64,000 nucleotides of DNA from Amphiscolops sp. MND2022 (lineage: Eukaryota), in assembly GCA_964187785.1 (NCBI GenBank), contig OZ076414.1:50158001-50222000 (forward strand), read 5' to 3'. Below are positions 41,701 through 56,014 of this stretch, in pieces. The notes below the pieces were generated by a model. That model ran no database searches and was not told where the DNA came from. It worked only from the letters and a program-made list of their open reading frames with translations. Numbering within the stretch: the first letter of the stretch is position 1; the number at the start of each line of letters is the position of its first letter. Position numbers and translations under genes: made by a program.

Positions 41701-42470
41701 TCGTTCGAACAAAGTTCCGTTGTGTGAGGTTTGCCGCAAGTTTTAGATTTTAGTTTGTTGCCTACGCCGTCGCTGTTTGGACCGTTATTTCTCTTATTTG
41801 TTGCCATTTGTCGCTTTTGATTTTCCAGCATTCTGCTTTAAACTGAACAAACTTGTTCCAAAAGAGCAGTACCCCTTGTTGGTGTCCTTATCTCAGTCTT
41901 CTGTAGGTTTTTGTCTTTCGGAGGCTGGGCCGGTTCAAGTTCAATATTCCAAGAGTGACTTTGTCCAGTGCACCCAACTCAAGGAGCCTCATTTCACGCT
42001 CTAGGTGAAGAACGATGTTATTATATGGTTTGTCTTCCAGGTATGCCCGATTGAGAACCTTTTTCATTGAACTGTTGGGCTTCAGATCCAAAAGCCTTTT
42101 AGGTGGTTTTCTGTGGAACGTCTAGAACTTCATGCAGTTTCTGTGGGTTGGGGTCAAACTTGAGTGCAGCCCATTCACATATCTGTCCTGCCATTCATTG
42201 GAAAACTCCGAAACCACGTTTGAATGCCGTCATTTTCTCCTCGGTTGAGTCCGTCTTAGTATCGTCCAGGTTTCGGAACCCCTGTAGGGGAACCCCTCGG
42301 AGTTGCGAGTGAAAGTAATTTGTTTTCTGGATATCCGTGAGATGTGAGTACATTTTTGTTATTTCGGATAAGGTCTTCAAATTTCTGATTTTCCGAAAAA
42401 AGTTGGTAGACACAATGTTTGCGCCTTTGGCTGTGGGAGGATGGGGATTTTTCTTTTTATAAAGCAACAG
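38750..42470 (-). mobile_element. Highly decayed Gypsy gag-pol, related to the env-bearing element
   Basis: YHDIFAR...VELALMHRYGII...KMRLHVDLRKIN...LSDAAHHLAGKKLF parallels pol 15497-20869; LVDSGAFINAM (PR); MTDASFCAS (RH). No LTRs found. Confidence 0.8.
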
Positions 42471-45400
42471 TGTTCTTGCTGCGGTGGACCGCTCTTTTGA
42501 TGCGGGTTGACTTTGCCATCACGCTTTTGTCTTTTTCGGCTGGTTTTTGGAATCGATTAAAAGTACTGTCACCATGGTACGGCGCTGGCTAGCGTCACAT
42601 GCTTGAGGACGACACAGCTTTACAGTGTTAGTAGGCGATTGACAAATTCTAATTTTGTTTCTTGATTTTTGCTTCTTTCCCTCATTGAGATTATCTCTTG
42701 TTTTAGGTTTCAACAACTTCAGAAGTTCTCCATGGGATTCTAACGACAGACCCTTAATTTCGGACGATATTTTTTCTTCGAAGACCTTCTCAGGCTTTCC
42801 AGAACACCAATTTCAATACTTGGTGATTTGGATTTGGAGCGACCCGCTACCATAACGTGTAGTTCACTAGGATCTATACATTCAATCGAAACCGGAGAAA
42901 CTATAGTTTCACTTACATTTTTGGTGCTTTCTTGGTGATTGGCTTTCTTTTTGACATCTAGTAGACATTTTGAAGAGAAGACTTTCAGTTCCGATTGTTT
43001 GGATTGAAATTCCAGAGATTTGATGTTTTGCTTCCCAGAATAACAGACAAAGGTTGAATTGAGTAGTACAACGAAACCCTGACGATTTGGATCCCCTAGC
43101 ATCATTTGATCACAAAGACTTTTTCTCATTTTCCCCGAACAATCAACCATTTTCTGTGTTTTCGGAACTAATTCATTTAAATTTTTGAATTAGGTCGCAT
43201 TTTCGTCAAGTTTTGAGAAAGGAAGTCACCAATCTGATTTTAGTCATAACACTTGACCACATCATTTCATTCCGGCGTCTTTTTATTTTCTCTCAATCAG
43301 TAACTAGATTTTACGTCAGTCTTTTAAAACCTGGAAGTTTTTCCCTGTTTTAATGCTTTGACTCGTGGGAACTTTCCGACGGAAGTCACGCTGGCGTGAT
43401 CGAAAAATCCCTAATTTTGAATTTCAGTTTAAGGAAAAAACGACTAATCTTGATTTGAAGGATTTGACGATGATGAGTGAGTAAATATCCATCACATTGT
43501 TATGAGCATTTAATTCATTAAGCTGATTATATATAATTATTCCCAAAATACCTGACGCCATGACAACGTCAGCCACTTTATGTTCACATTGACTTTCACA
43601 AGTAACAACCCGATAACGTAAAGTTTGTATAAAATGTACAATAAATGAACAGACGATGATGCTAGGTAATACTTAATGGAGCAACCGTTATGTGAGTGAT
43701 AACTTCCAAAACAGCCTAAACAAAAACAAAGAGAAAATAGAGCAAAATGATTGCGCTAACAATGTACTAACTTCATAAAATGGCAACACTTTACAAAATA
43801 TCTTTGCATTAAACACTTCCTAATGGAAAACTAGTCACACCTCAGGCAACACTTGGATTGAAGTAGAGTGCATTAATAGTATTTATCTTAAGTGAGTCTG
43901 CACATAAACTGTGACTTTTTCTAAATTACTAGGATGTTTTATCTCAAGGAAGCTTTCAAACCACTTCAATTGTTTTTCGAAATAACTACATCAATATATG
44001 GCAAAATATGGGCGTAAAAAACACAAATTCCTAAAAGTTGACGCGAGGCAAAGGTGAATTCAATTCCTCATCATTTCCATAAGTTGTTGACATGATTGTG
44101 ACGCAAGCCTAAACTGGCTTCGGTTGGTTTTCACTTAACAAAATAGCGCTTCTTTCAGATTTAATACTGGCTAAGACGCCTAATTTTATAAATTTGCGAC
44201 GTAGTGTTGACGAGAATTTGTCGGCAATCTTGGCAGACTGCCAAGTTTGACGTAGTGTTGACGCATATTTGGAATGCTTTCTAGTCCGCTGCTATGCCGT
44301 GACGTAGTCGCGTCGTGAAACTGAAAAAAAATGACTACGCTTAGTCCCGACTATGACCTCACTAAGTAATCGTTCAACGCCATCTACGACCGTATTTGTT
44401 TACTTAGCGACGTAACATCGTTCTATTCCGCATTAATTGCTTTTCAAAGTGCAATTAAGCCCACTCTCTCAGAATTGCGTATTGCGTTGTTGTCTAACTT
44501 TTGATATAATTTTTATTTTAGATTTGGCTTTGATGTTTCCAAGGATACGTATTGCAATTAAGTGAACAGGTGGAGAATGTTCTTACTTCCAATGTAGCTT
44601 AAACGTCTTGGCGGAAAGGCGTGTAATTATATTAGTCTGTTTATTTTTGTAGGTTTTTCCATTTTAGACTCTCTGGAATTTGATGAGTGTTTCCCTTTAA
44701 GTCACAATTTATTCCATTTGATAAGTTTAATATCCTAGGTACCTTTTTGCATTCCCGCTATTTATCCATGACCTCGCCCAAATCCAAGTGTTAACCCGCA
44801 AGCTAATCCGGGCGGGGACTGTGACAATTATGTTGGACTGATCAAATTATTATCCTCACGATCTGAAAGACTAATATCGAAGTTAAGTTCCCGGAAATGT
44901 TTTAGTATCAGTTTCCACCGATACGAATTTTGCTAAAACCTAGTGACTATTGAAAAAAAAGTTGAAAATTGCATTTTCTGAAATCTACCACAATTTGAAA
45001 TTTTCAGTATTCAGAGATTTTTTTGGAATCATTCAATGTTTCGATTAGTTTGCGTTGAAGGCAACTCGGTGATTTGTTAAATATGATTCTTTGGTCTTGT
45101 AAAGCTAGTTTGTAATCGGAAATGCATGTGATGTTGAGTACATTTATGTTCCGTTCGGGTTTTTATTCCAAAGTTGCGACAAGCTTTTTTTGATGATGCT
45201 TCTCTTAAAACTTCCTATTTTTAAGTTGGAACATGGTTTATAGATTTCAAAGTGTATGCTTCATATAATCCATAGATTGTATAGATCTATCGACTTGTAT
45301 ATATAGAAAGACCTGAGAGCAAACTTTTCTGAACGTTTCAATTGTTACGGTTCATGGTACATTTGACGGCGTTCATTTCAATCAAAACCAAACGCCTCTT

Positions 45401-48263
45401 TTATCCCAAATGTGACTTCAACGTTCCGGATACTTGACGAGCTGATAAATATGTTGCATGCTCGCCAATTATCATGAGCGTTGGCGTCGAACTTTTTTCT
45501 TCTCTTTTTCTCTTTCCACAAGTGCTACTCCCTCTGTGCAAGACGCTGGTACTAACTGGAGACTATGAAAACCTCACAACTGGCGCAACTTCCGTAATTC
45601 TACATCTCATTTCATTAAAAAAAACAACCAAAATCTCTTGTATTTAAAAAACATCGCGAGCTGACTTCAGTATTCTGACAAAAGTAAGACAAAGAAGTTG
45701 TTTTTATTAATTAAATGAAATTGAGGCGACACGTTTCTGTGATCATTCGACATTCGAGATTCAGAAACACTTCTTTACTCACAGTTCAGGATTTTCGTTC
45801 CAGCTTGATCATCGCACTTCAGTCGAACCACTTACTGCATTTTCACAATTTCATAAATTGTTCCGTTCCAAAACTTCGGTGTCAAAAAAAACTTCAAATT
45901 TTTTTGAAGGAAACTTATCATATTGGTAGATGAAAATTGATTTATACGTGAATTCACCGGGATACCTTCCGTTCTTAATTATTTACCAGCATGTATTGAA
46001 AACAACCTATAATGAAAGTTCGACAGTTCAATTGAGAATGTTCTCCACACTTTAACATTTTCACCATATTTTAGCTTATTCTGCATTTTGGGATCACTTT
46101 TAGAGTTTTTAAGGAGAGCGTTTCCTTAATAGTTAAAGCTAGAAAATCGAGTCAAAAACATTTTTGGCTCCAAATTTTTGTTGTTATGACCAGTGTTTTG
46201 AGAGACATCGAAACATGAAATTCATAAAAAGCCAAAATGTCCAAAAGTTCTTGGTGCTATATTGTTTAGACTTTTACTTTGATGTCAAAAACAGAAAGAA
46301 ACGCGCCCTGTGGTGAAAACACCTGAACGTTTTATTTGTTCGTCCAGTTTACGAGCAACTTTTATCAAGATTATTTAAAACTATTACAGAAACTTTCATG
46401 CATCTTGTATTCGACTTCTATCAAAATGTTCTGTTTTTAAATGCAGCCGAGATCTCTTCAAATTTACCACCAGTTTAATTTAAAGTTACATCAGTCACGC
46501 TATAAACTGCTATTTAGAGTCATTTTAAGCGCGCCAATAAGCGATTGGATCCGAAGCGAACCCAAAAATCAGACTTTTGCCAACATGAAAGTTCCAAAAA
46601 AGAAAACAAAATAGTGAATCAAAATTTTTCAAAAGTATTATATATCTAAACGTTTTTTTTAAAAAGTCGCTTACCCAAGAATGGCTCTTTAGGCTCGGAG
46701 AACGCGTTTTACTAGCCAAAAACATCAAAGACAGAAATAGAGACCCCTGTGAAATGAATTTTGTTCGTCTTTTAAAACGGTAACTTAAAACGACTACCAT
46801 ACCACTACTGGACCATTGGTTTTTAAACTAAATCACCACTGATCGGAAACGTTATTTTTTGCTTGACCCGCAAGTGATTTCCAGTCTTTCTTTGTACTAG
46901 TTCATTCTACCTGAGTTGTTGGGCTCCTAACATTCAAGCAAAACTTTCCGGAAATCCTTCGATCGTTAATAGCTGATAAAGTTTCACTGGTTGAGAAAAT
47001 GCTGTGTGTATTTCCTCTTTCATGCAGGTTACCGCTAGGGTCTTTTTAATTCAATCTCAGTAAATGTCTTTCATCCGTTTGATTGCAAGTCGGCTACTGC
47101 TTTTCTAACCAAGAACTTTTTGGTTTTCAAATTATCATTTGCTTTTTGATCACACAGTGTACGATACATTCCGAAAGCTACGTTTTTTCACATTGTCTTT
47201 GATTTGTTGTTTGGGTTCTTTTCTGTTCCACCCCACCACAATTGTTTTGAGAAATCAGTAAAATATTACAATAAAAATGCTAAAACCGCACCAAAATCCT
47301 TTAACTTTGAATTTATTTTAACGGTCGGAGTTTTGGATCCAAATATAAACTTTAATCACACTATTTTTCTCTATGATATTACTCCTTTTTGATTATGTAA
47401 TCAACAGGATCGTTTTGAGTGACAGGTAATTCGAGCATAATAACAATCAAAGTGAGTGAAAACTGTTTTATTCGAAACAAAAACTTTTCCAATAGAAGTT
47501 AACTTAAGTTACAAAATTACAAGTCATTGCAGATTCCTACTGCACAAGATTCTTATTCAAATGAAGCCCGTTTAAAACAATTTTCGAAATATTCCATGAA
47601 AAAAATTTGATGGTGGGGGGAATAGAAGAGAGCCGTTGTTTAATTTGAAAATTTGAAAACGGTTCCTCATCTTCAAAAACAAATGCGTTTCACCAAGTGC
47701 TAAAATCTAAATCCCCAGCTCAGCAAAGACTTGTAATTTTTCACAATTCAAACTACTCCGTTTAACTGTAAACTCGAAATGAAATCAAAAACTGTCCGAT
47801 CCGTAGTTTTCATACATCACTGTTGAAAATTGGAAAGTGGCATTTGATTGATGAATGTTTGAAGATAACTGACACTTTTAAAAAGCTGCATTATCGGTAT
47901 CACTAAACTATCTTAAGGATAAAAAACACTGTTCACAATTACTTAATTTAGTTGGTACGTATTCTCACTTTGACAAATGTCTAGAATACAATATGAGATT
48001 GGATATTGTTAAACTTGAACGCAACCAATTCCAGTAAAAAATCGTTTTCAGCGTTGAAAAACGGTTGTGCAAATTCTCTTTTCCGAAAGTTCTTTGTTTT
48101 TTTGTCAAATTTCGAGGCTGTTACATCAGAAAACGGTATTTGAAAGATTCAATTTGAAAAGATACTAAAGCTGAAACGTAAATTTCGAAACACCGCCTAC
48201 ATTAGGGAACGAATTTCGGTTGAAACGTTAATAATTAAGATTTCGCTAATTTCTTGTCGTCAC

Positions 48264-51200
48264 TGTTCTAATGCTTCGTTAGGCAATATGAAAACAATTT
48301 GGATTTACTAAAAGAATGTTATTCTGTTGATTAAACTATACTGTATCCAAATCTAGTATCAAATGACTTACTGCAAACAAATAATATAATGCAAACAAAA
48401 GTACCATGTTTACCATTATAGTCTAAAATTAAGAAACATAAATTTCATTTGATTTGACTCTAAGAACTAAGTAGTCTGAGTTTTTGATAGACAGAATATC
48501 CGAAGAATCGGTTCGGTAAATACACCGTAAAACATTGCCCTTCTTACATCTTGAAGCTTCCCGGAGGCCGTGTCTTCTCCCGAACAAAATCTGGTGGTCT
48601 CGGTAGTGGTTGCGAAGTTCCTTTTCGGTTCGACCATTTATCTCCTGTATTGTTAAGCTTTATTATTTCACACCCGAAAGTGTATATGTCATCCCACCGT
48701 ATCCATCCGGTTGTTTGCTTTCGCTGTTAGAACGTTTAACTTTATCGTATTCGCTTATTATTTTTTAAATTTTGTTCTCACCTGTAATTTTCTCACAATC
48801 CGTGTGAAGATTGCGTTCGTCTTCGGAGCATGTTGTGATTGGCCGGTGACGTTTCGCTCGGAGGCATCATGATTACCAAAGTCACATTCTTCGTCCTCTT
48901 TTTCTTCCTCCTCGCTTCCAGAGTTCGATTTGCTCTTTTATTTTGGACTAATTTCAACTTCCCGTTGAGTACATTCCTCAGGATTTTACTCCATTGTATG
49001 TATTTTTCTTCAACCCCCTCAGAGAGTGTTGGTTTTGAGGGGTTATTGTGTCACCGATGTTCGGTGCTGTCTTTCTCGTTCTTAAATATAACTGTACCCG
49101 AATGAAATTTTCGGTGAAATACTTTTAAGGAGTCAGAATCAATTGTCTACTACTTATGCAATCGCGACGTTTCTTTTTCTCCCAACCTTTCAAGAAAAAT
49201 TTCAAATTTCTCAAAAACTCTATACAATTTTTTGAAGTTTTACAGTTATTCTACACTCAAATGGGCCCCAGCGTGCGTTAAGGGATCAACATCATAGAAC
49301 TGGGATGTGAGAAACATAGCCAAAATTAGCCCAAAAATGTCCAAAAAACGCCATTTTTCGACTTTTTTTGATTTTCTCAAAACCTCTTCCTACGATGCGA
49401 ACGAAATGTTCTGCAGTCATCTAAACCATATTATGGTCCTATGTGAGAAATTTCAATAAGTTTGTGTGACTGGGATTCAAGCGAGCCAGAAGAAAAAAGA
49501 CATAACCCGACTCCTTTACCGCATATGCGGCTCTGGTTTAGTGTCGGTTGTTACGGTATTGTCTGTACCGCTTATGGCAGTTTGTAGTGTTTTTCTGAAA
49601 TCTATCTTCGGGTAATTTCTTATCGTTGTTTTTATCGAAGAATTGAAAGGGTGAGTTACTAACCGAATTTTTCATCGGTGATTTTTTGGTCACAACTTTC
49701 TCTTCGGTTTTTGGCCGTGATGATGTGGGTAGATAACTCTTCCCCTCTGTTTTGAGAAACGTAGAATGGTAATTGTGGTATTAGAAATGAAAGATTTCCC
49801 GTGTTTGATTACATTTGTTAACACGGTTCTCCGTTTCCGGCCGTGGCGTAATCCAAATGGTGTGATTTGCAGTCTCGTATCTATTGTGAGTCGCATTACA
49901 TTCAGTGCTCTGTTTTCACAATCGATCAGGCATAGATTATCTTCCAAGTTACTGGTGATCAATTTCTCTATTGTTTGTATTGCGTGTTCTGCCGCTCCTG
50001 TTCCGATATCTTATTTCGGTGTTTCATATTCGATGTCAATGTTCTTGGATTTGCAGACTTCTTTATCTTCTCTTGGAAAGAACGCCTCGCCTTTATCCGT
50101 TTCATTTTCTGCGGTTAGTCCGTACAAGTGAAAAGTTTGTTCTAAAATGTTGAAATCTCCTTTTGTTTCCGATGATATACAGTTTTTTTGGAAATTTGCT
50201 AAATGCGTCCATGACTAGAAAAATTTGGTGTTCACCGTTCAATTATTTGTTGTTTAATTTTCCGGAGAAATCGATTTGCATTTTTTGTCCCGTACGTTAA
50301 TGTTTTAAGTTTTCCGGTTTCACATTTCGGCAATTGGTATTTCGAAGTCTTTCCAGGTTTTTTGTTTTATTTTTCCTTTCCTTTGGCATGACCGAAATGT
50401 AGCGTTTTGAGTAGCTTTTTTCGAATGCCGGTCAACATGCTCCCGGAGCCGTATTCTTCTTCCTTGTCTGATCGCGTCTCTGATCGTGTTGAGTTCGGTT
50501 GCCGATGTTGCGATCAAAGTCTTCAGTTTGAGCGAAAAGTTGAATTCGGCCTTTTCGATCATCTCTTCTTTGGAATTGTTGTCCCCGGTAATCTTGTCAA
50601 TTACTTGATTGATTTGGATAAAATGTGGTTCTTCTCCTTCAGTGTTGTAGGTTTTCAAGTCTACAATGGGCAAGTTGTCGCTCCAGACAATCTGGCTTTT
50701 ACCTTCACTTTCCGGTTTAATGTCCTCAATGGTCTCTGGTTGTTGTTGGTTTCCTCCTTCTTTCATTCGGTCTTCCAGGGGATCGTATTCCCCTTCGAAT
50801 CTGTTTGCTCTGGTTAATTCTTCGCCATTGATTCCAGCGATCTCCTCGTAGCTCCTTTGTTCCGTCTTGAAAGTACCCAAATTTGCCTTTGCGCGTTCAT
50901 GTCGATATTTCGGTGCATTTTCTCTGGTCGGGAGAATTCCATTCTCCTTTCCTCAAGTCTCCGAGTTTGTTGACTTTTCCTTGTCCTTCTGATGACTTCC
51001 ATAATTTCGGCAGTGATGCACCAGTGGAACTAGTCGCGGTCTTTTTCTCTCTTAAAACAGAGGTAACTTTTATAAAGAATTGGAATTTAGTTTTATATTT
51101 CAATTGCACTTTCCGTTCTTAACTTTTCCTGGGTGTTTGGTCGATGCAATTTCCGCATGTTGGCATTTTTTGTTCACATCTCGGGCATTCTTGATTATCC

Positions 51201-54200
51201 TTCTCCAATTTGATTTGTTAGATCCTGTTACGGTCATTTTGTTTCTTTCCGGTGCGTTTTGTGATTGGTCAACGAATAATGGTCCGTAATTGATGTTTAA
51301 TTCGACACGTTCTGAAAAGATGTTGTTTATGTATTGTTCATCGTGTATACGTCTTCGACTTCTGTTTTCCTTCCGGCTTTCTACTTAGAAAGACGGAAAA
51401 CATTACTCCCCGCAATGTGTTGAATTGGTATATCAAAGTGCGCAAGCCGATCTAGCCACATGGATAATCTTGCGCTGTATTGTTTATTACATCGGTTTCT
51501 TTTATTTAATAGTTTAGGCTCTTGGTGTTCTGTATACAGAACGACTTTCTTGCCGTATAAGTAGAATCATATTTTGTCTAAGCCTCGAACAAATGCCAGT
51601 AATTCCAATGTTCCCCTGTTGGATGTTTTTTCCTTCCAAAGATGTACTTCCTAAAGCTATTGGTTTCATTTCTCCGTCAGACTGTTTATGCCACAAAGTT
51701 ATATCGAGTCCGGTTTCGCTTGCGTCGGTCTTACAACTTTATCTCGGTCCTTTGCGTAATGGGCTAAACAAGCTTCTTTGGTCAGGATTTTCTTCATGTT
51801 GTTGAAATCTTTGTCTTGTTCTTTTCCCTGGTCCCTTTTTCGTTTTGATGTTTTCTCTAAAAATTGTCGAATTGAAACATTTCGGTTCTTTTCGATAATC
51901 TCCGTATAATCTTTGCCAGATTTTGTATCACACCGAGAAATTACTTTATTTGTTCTAAGGAGTCGGAAAAAACTTTCGACTACTTATTCAATCGTGACTT
52001 TTTTGCCCCGACCTTTCAATGAAAATTTCAAATTCTCAAAAACTTTTGATACGACTTTCATGAAATTTTGCACAGTCATTCTACTTCCAAAGGGGCCTCT
52101 GAGTGCGCAAAAACATCAAAATTGATTGACTGGGATGTGGAACATATACCTAAAATTAGCACGAAATCCAGCAACTTCCAGTTTCTTTAATACGTGAGTT
52201 AGTTTCTTTTCGTGTTCTACCCTCTAGTCCCTTCTAGTTACCACTATTATATCGTCTACCAAACCGGTGTGGAGTAATCTATAATTGGGTCATTTTTTTC
52301 TTGGAATATATAATATAGTTTTTGATTCTGTAGTATACGCTGGTTTTCCTCCGGTTTGGTTAGGTTTCTCCAGTCCATTCCGAGTAGTGTTGTGACGTCA
52401 TTTCTCTCGGTACTGAGGATTTGCAACGTTTGTGTATTGTTTTCGTATTCAATGTGTGTCGGTAACTTTCTTGACGATTTGTTTCTAATGACAACTTTAT
52501 CTGGCCGTATGCGTAGTCTAATCACTTTTCGATATCATCAGTCTTTTTTTTCAGTCTCTCTTGATCTCTACCAAATTTTGGTTCAACAGTTCTTCAATAC
52601 TTGGCATGTGTAGTCTAATTTTTACAGCCTTAATTTAGGTTTCTCGAACCTCAAACGATTTTTATCGACTTGTCAATTTTTACCGTTATTATCACGGGGG
52701 AAACAAAACGACCTTCATCCACATAATTCAACTTTTCCAAGTGTCAGATGTTCAGTAATTTCTGTAATTCTCTACCGATTTCTTCTTGGAGGTGTAGCGG
52801 GATTAGGGAATGCTTTCTGTTTTCGGGATATAGTCCTTGTTTCAAATGCATTTTAAATTCGGTGTCTTCAATTGTGGTGTTGTGTTTGAATATATACGGA
52901 AATTCCTCAATTATTCGTCGCTTTTTTGATTGGCTGTTCTCGTCCAATCGGATGATTCCCATTGTTAGATTGAGCTTCTCCAGTCCATTCCGAGTAGTGT
53001 TGTGACGTGATTCCTCTCGGTACTTAGATTTTGCAACGTTTGTTTATTGTTTTCGTATTCAATGTGTGTCGGTAACTTTCTTCGGAATTTCACAAATTTT
53101 CGTTTACGTCTCGGTCTCGGTATTTCACTTTTAGTATTCCAGTCTTCTTTAGTTTCTTTTCGAATACCGGCATTATTGATATTGGTGAACCGGTATCCAC
53201 TATGAATTCATTTCTAATGCCGTTTACGTTCACCGTTTCTGTCAAATTATGTTTCTGGTGGTGATTCTGTTTGTTTTCTCAATTCAATATATGCTTGATT
53301 CTGATTCGTCGGGTTCTCCTCGAATCCAATTACTGTTGTTTCTTTTTTGGTTACTTTTTGTACTTTGCGTTTATAGTTTCCTCGTTGTCTGCATGCTCGT
53401 GCAAAATGTCTTTCTTCCCGCAATTGTTGCCGAGTTTGTCCATCGCCAGTAGTGCACCGAAGCTTTCCATTTTCTGGATCGGTTTTTTTTGTTTCTTTCT
53501 TTCGGTTTGAGATGAGTTCTTCGGTTATTGCGTGCTTCTGTTTTTTTCTTTTTGTATGTGTTTTGTTTGATCATTTCAATGTTTTTCGTTAGTTCGAGTT
53601 TCTATCTTAAATCAATTTGTCTCGGAGTTTCGCATCCGTAATAGCGGTCATAAATTTTGAGATGCGGATTTCGTCGGCTGTTATTGCTTCAAATGAACAT
53701 TCTTCTTCGATTTTTATGAGTCCCCGCCAGATGTTCTCTGGTCTTTCGGTTTCTGTCTGTCTTGTCCAAAAGAAATTGCCTCGGTTATGATGGGTGGTTC
53801 TTTTGGTAGGAAGTATTCATTGAATGGTCGGATAAGAACTTGTACAACTATTCCGTCGGGCTCTGTTTTCAATCCGCTCTTGTCATATGGTACAATGCTT
53901 CCGTGCCGACGCCCCATATGAAATTTTCTTGTATTTCAGTTTCTTTCTCGACGGCCCATCCGGTTTGTGTCAATTCGGCCCCCTAATTTATATCAGTTCT
54001 GTGATATCCATCCTGTGTTTTCTTTTTCTATTCTGCCGATATGTTTCTAGCCATTGTTTCGGTGTAATTAATATTCTTTTTCCCGTCTGATATGTCTTCG
54101 GAGTTCGGTACTTCAAGATGTTTCGCTTCTTGTGTCATCGTTCTTTGTTTCGAATAAAATTAGTCAGTATTTGAGATTGCTGATTGTGCCATGTTCGATT

Positions 54201-54517
54201 TCTTGGTTAGGAAATACGAAAACATTTTGGATTTACTAAAAGAATGTTTTTTTTGCTATTCTTTCAACTAAACTATACTGTATCCCAATCTAGTATCAAA
54301 TGATTTATTAAAATACTGCAAACAATAAAGAAACTGTATTTTTGTGAATCGGCTAATAATACAGTCCGTTTTGCAAATAGAACAGACATTTACCAACATG
54401 GTGTAAAAATATGTAACATAAGTTCCATTTGATATGAGTCTAAGAACTGGTACTTAGTCTGAGTTTTTGATTGACAGAATATCTGAGTTATTCGTTCGGT
54501 ATATACACCGTATAATA
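48264..54517 (-). mobile_element. Old Gypsy LTR retrotransposon with internal deletions
   Basis: Diverged LTRs 48264-48534 and 54192-54517; perfect TSD GTCAC both sides; minus-strand PPT AAGAAGGGCAA; TGGCACAATCAGC PBS-like/gag start; NEFIVDTGSP protease remnant. Confidence 0.85.
49180..49330. repeat. Interspersed repeat, with a second copy at ~52005-52160
   Basis: Shared ACCTTTCAA...TCTCAAAAACT...CAGT(T/C)ATTCTAC...ACTGGGATGTG...AAAATTAGC. Confidence 0.7.
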
Positions 54518-56014
54518 GTCACAATAACCGAGGTTTAACACTTTGAGTTTTATCCCCATTTAGACAGTTCAATGAATTTTCCAAAGAAATTGCAAGATGG
54601 CGGGAGGGGGACAGAAAAACCCAAAAGGTATAAATGCTGTTGAAGCACTTGGTGGGTCTCTAGCTCTCGCTTTCATCGAGACAAGACCTACGTAAAACTG
54701 TTCAGATACTATTAATTCGAGCCCACCAGTTTTCAACCATTCAGCATTCTATATCAATTTTTAAAAACTTTATTATGCTTATAAAATCTAGACTCTGTTT
54801 ATGGCAGCTATAGAGAAAACAAGACGGGAACATTTAAAGTCGGCGCTATATCTAAGGCTCAAAAAGCGCAAAGTTTTTAAAGTACTTCAAAAAAATAAAA
54901 AAGAGATCCTTAGTATGTTTTCGAGGTTCTGAACGTCGGTTTTGTTTTGGACGAGGGTCTGACGATTCCAGTATCTTTTAGACATGCATAGTTCAAGTTG
55001 AACAAATGAACAAAAAGTAGACCTTTCAGTGAGAGGTCTGTTAATGACTCATTAACTCGAACTCACAAACTACTTTTTCCCAAACATTTTGATTTCTTAC
55101 CTTGTGTTGACTTTGTTCACATGGGTTTTGACTTTAATACTGAACAGTTTTAGTCAAGGTCTGTGGTGTGGAGAAAAAACACAAAAAGCGCCGACTAAAA
55201 GGGACTAGATATTGCTACTTTAGTGTTGACTTCAATATTTTCTTCAACATTACACGGGCTAACAACTTGCATTAGTAAGCGTAAATATCTCCTTTCTCGT
55301 TTTATGCTGTCTCGCCACTTGCTGCTCAGCCTAGAGGCTTGGCCAGCAAGAGGGAGCGGGTTCTAATCCTGTGCAAGATTACAAATTATTTCGAATGTTT
55401 GCAAAATTAGACGAGACATATACCCCTTTTTAAGCTTTTTCGGCATTGTGCGACCATTTTTTGAATGATATTTTGGAAATTGTTTTTTTGATAGTTGCGC
55501 AAACGTTTTATTTGTTTTGTTGCGATGAAGCAACATCAATTGAAACAATCTGCTCCTAATTGGTCATAGTAAAAATGTAAAAAGTAAAAAATAACATAGA
55601 AAATTGTTTGCTAATGCCCTGCCCACGGATTTATTGCCCCCCCCCCCAAAAAAAAAGAGTTTTCGTATTTTCAGTGTAAAAATTGATGGGTAGTTATTGT
55701 TTCGGTAATCATTTCGGACCGAACTATTTCACGAGATGACCAGTTTTTCAGAAAAGACGAAATGTTTTTCAGGCTCTGGCCAATAATTTATTTCTGCGTA
55801 GGTGGATATTCTGTGCTAAAATTTTGGGGTACAGATAAATTTTCTGGCAGTAGGCTGAAGGGGCATTAGCAAACAAGATCCACAATATGTATATTTGATA
55901 TTGGATACCACGTGCTTGTGCAGCGGGCATTATTTCACATAAAATCGCGTTAAAAATCCTGATGCGAATTGTTTGAAAAATAAAGCTGGATTTTTTGTTT
56001 AGGGTACTGAGAAT

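Noticed and set aside
42519-43150. ORFs 42519-42716 and 42740-43150 as a host gene
   Set aside because: No recognisable domain or convincing splice sites; probably decayed TE leader or chance frames.
44229-44285. Palindrome CTTGGCAG-A-CTGCCAAG with a downstream CTAG as a Helitron 3' end
   Set aside because: Spacing to CTAG (~35 nt) is too long, and no 5' TC end or Rep/helicase remnant was seen.
52370-53080. ~100-bp direct duplication (52370-52470 vs 52980-53080) in the old Gypsy
   Set aside because: Local rearrangement of a dead protease region; no functional implication.
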